From Octopus sinensis (Eukaryota), in the NCBI RefSeq assembly GCF_006345805.1, contig NC_043005.1, positions 27,652,001 to 27,716,000 on the forward strand: a stretch of 64,000 nucleotides of DNA, read 5' to 3'. The notes beneath the pieces are model-generated. The model was not told the origin of the DNA, made no database searches, and saw only the letters and a program-made list of their open reading frames with translations. The position numbers and the translations under genes are program-made. Positions within the stretch are counted from its first letter, which is position 1; each line of letters starts with the position of its first letter. Positions 62,727 through 64,000 of this stretch are shown here, piece by piece.

Positions 62727-63081
62727 ATAAAGAAGCATTAGTTATAGAACAAACATTAAATATTTTAATCGTTTTATAAAACTTTTTTAGTCGATGGATA
62801 TTTATTTTATTTTATTTTATTTTTACCATTATTTTATATTAGGTTTTTTGGTAGTTTTTGAATTTTTAGCCGTTTATATTTAACATTTTTGATAAGCTGT
62901 TCTATTCGTATTTTATTCAAATATATATTTTTACCTTCTGTGATTTTATGTATATGTATTATTATTTTATGTGTTTGGGAACCATGGTTATTTTTATATT
63001 TGATTAAATGTTTGAGGGGTGGTGTTGTATGTAAAGTCGTTGGCCCAAATTTAATGTTTGTTCTATAACCAATGCTTCTTT

Positions 63082-63083
<2 letters not shown>
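62727..63083. mobile_element. MITE-like element with 35-bp TIRs
   Basis: 62727-62761 vs 63049-63083, one mismatch. Confidence 0.8.
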
Positions 63084-63122
<39 letters not shown>

Positions 63123-63438
63123 TACCTACATACACGTATACACACATGCACACACAAAAATACATCATCATCATCATCATCATTATCAGTCATTTTAATG
63201 TCCACTTTTCCGTGTTTGCATGGTGCAGACAAAATCTGTTGAAGTTGTGGCCAGACATACTTTCACTGAAGGGTACCATTTTCATGACATGCAGACACAC
63301 ATACACAGATGTACACACACACATATGTATGTTTGTGTGGTTGGGAAGCAGATTTCTTACCAAACAGATATGCCTCTATGAATAACAAGTTTATATACAT
63401 ATGTACATACATACATACATGCATGCATATAGACAGAC

Positions 63439-63477
<39 letters not shown>

Positions 63478-64000
63478 CATAGACTCACACACATATATAT
63501 GTACACATACGCAAATACACAGAGATGTGTTAGTGTTAATATATTTGATGCAGTGTGTATTATTACACACACACGGACACACGGACACACAGTGATGCAA
63601 GCATGGATGAGTGATTAAGAAGCTTACTTCACAGCCTTAAAGTCCTAGGTTCAGTCCTACTGCGGGACAAATGTCTTGGGTTGACCCAAGCCTTATGAGT
63701 GAGAGTGTAGATGACGGAAACTGAGTAGAAGCCTGCTCAGTGGTTACTGTAATATTACACAGTGTCATGTTGATTCATCCCAAGAATTATATTTTGTTTT
63801 TCACATTTTCAGAGAGGAATACTCAGCAATATTGAAATGCTAATTCAATGAGTGGATAGTCCAGTTGGTCAAACAACTGGACACATTCACATGGAGAAAT
63901 TGCCAGGAGATTCCATTATCATGAGTGTACATGTGATGTGGACGGGTGTGCGTGTGTGTATATGTATGTATGTATATATATATATATCATCATCATCATC

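Overview
AT-rich, microsatellite- and repeat-dense animal genomic DNA. The SINE and LINE families resemble those I recall from Octopus, so a coleoid cephalopod origin is an inference. Genes: (1) the last four exons of a PLA2G6/iPLA2-beta-like patatin phospholipase (+, 1034-6384); (2) a complete 17-exon TTC26/IFT56 gene (+, ATG 15138 to stop 51445, 1665 nt, 554 aa) with a compact CCAAT/X-box/ETS-CRE promoter; (3) a tentative, unidentified spliced gene on the minus strand (about 54.3-60.3 kb). The most unusual signal is a set of Penelope-like element (PLE) and hammerhead ribozyme (HHR) sequences. Four distinct type-I minimal HHR families occur here. One sits in a palindromic element with divergent tRNA-like heads (5 loci). 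A pair with fully intact cores sits in a young 1.87-kb inverted duplication (60593-62459). A fossil PLE (RT + GIY-YIG) lies in TTC26 intron 15. In TTC26 introns every host-sense copy of the main HHR family is disabled, while the antisense copies keep their cores. Also present are R4/Dong-like LINEs stacked in (TAA)n, RTE, Tx1 and mariner fragments, piggyBac- and mariner-type MITEs, and a 9 x 157-bp array grown from a dispersed element. All coordinates were read by hand; repeat boundaries are approximate.
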